A stretch of DNA of 32,000 nucleotides, taken from NCBI RefSeq assembly GCF_014696895.1, contig NZ_JACJQX010000013.1:31199-63198 (forward strand). Reading direction: 5' to 3'. The stretch's first letter is position 1; each line of letters opens with the position of its first letter. Position numbers and translations under genes: made by a program. Source of the stretch: Chroococcidiopsis sp. [FACHB-1243]. GTDB lineage: Bacteria > Cyanobacteriota > Cyanobacteriia > Cyanobacteriales > Chroococcidiopsidaceae. Below are positions 31,946 through 32,000 of the stretch, one piece after another. The notes under the pieces were generated by a model that saw only the letters and a program-made list of their open reading frames with translations, was not told the DNA's origin and searched no databases.

Positions 31946-32000
31946 CTACTCAGTTTCTTGTTCTGGTTGTTGGTTTTTTGGTAGGTCGAGGAAAACGCGA
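31946..32000 (-). CDS. 3' end of a probable second HlyD/MacA-family adaptor gene (continues beyond the window)
   Basis: The minus-strand frame reads RVFLDLPKNQQPEQETE* with stop TAG at 31946-31948. This resembles the tail RVLITPPPGQ... of the adaptor at 28447, and the position upstream of a MacB-type permease fits. Confidence 0.45.
   Translation of the reverse strand, partial: RVFLDLPKNQQPEQETE

Overview
Chromosomal segment of a cyanobacterium. This is inferred from very frequent HIP1 octamers (GCGATCGC), heptamer STRR-type tandem repeats in almost every intergenic spacer, and a helical carotenoid protein gene. Most of the window is housekeeping: rpsI (3' end), rpmE, prfA, an ABC-F ATPase, gpmI and secG. 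A co-directional minus-strand run of about 13.5 kb follows (reading left to right: GT4, MFS, recO, deoC, orphan C5-cytosine methyltransferase, IscS-like desulfurase, and a polysaccharide cluster of GT2-GtrA, GT4, two SAM methyltransferases and a Wzx flippase). After that come a MarR-MFS pair, a divergent pair of an acidic repeat protein and a helical carotenoid protein, and two tandem MacA/MacB-type efflux modules that share one ATPase gene. The clearly accessory part is a 3.2 kb island (about 1647-4906) between prfA and the ABC-F gene. It holds a REP-associated tyrosine transposase (RAYT) flanked symmetrically by its 30-nt GTAG-type palindromic REPs. It also holds a tightly coupled two-gene cassette (2732-4203) bracketed by further REP copies. 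That cassette encodes a 324-aa glycine-zipper/coiled-coil membrane protein and a 163-aa helical partner with an internal repeat. I cannot assign either protein to a known family. The island ends with an orphan DUF2281-like antitoxin gene. The cassette is my best candidate for an undescribed membrane-active (toxin/defence-like) module. No tRNA, rRNA or CRISPR array was found.
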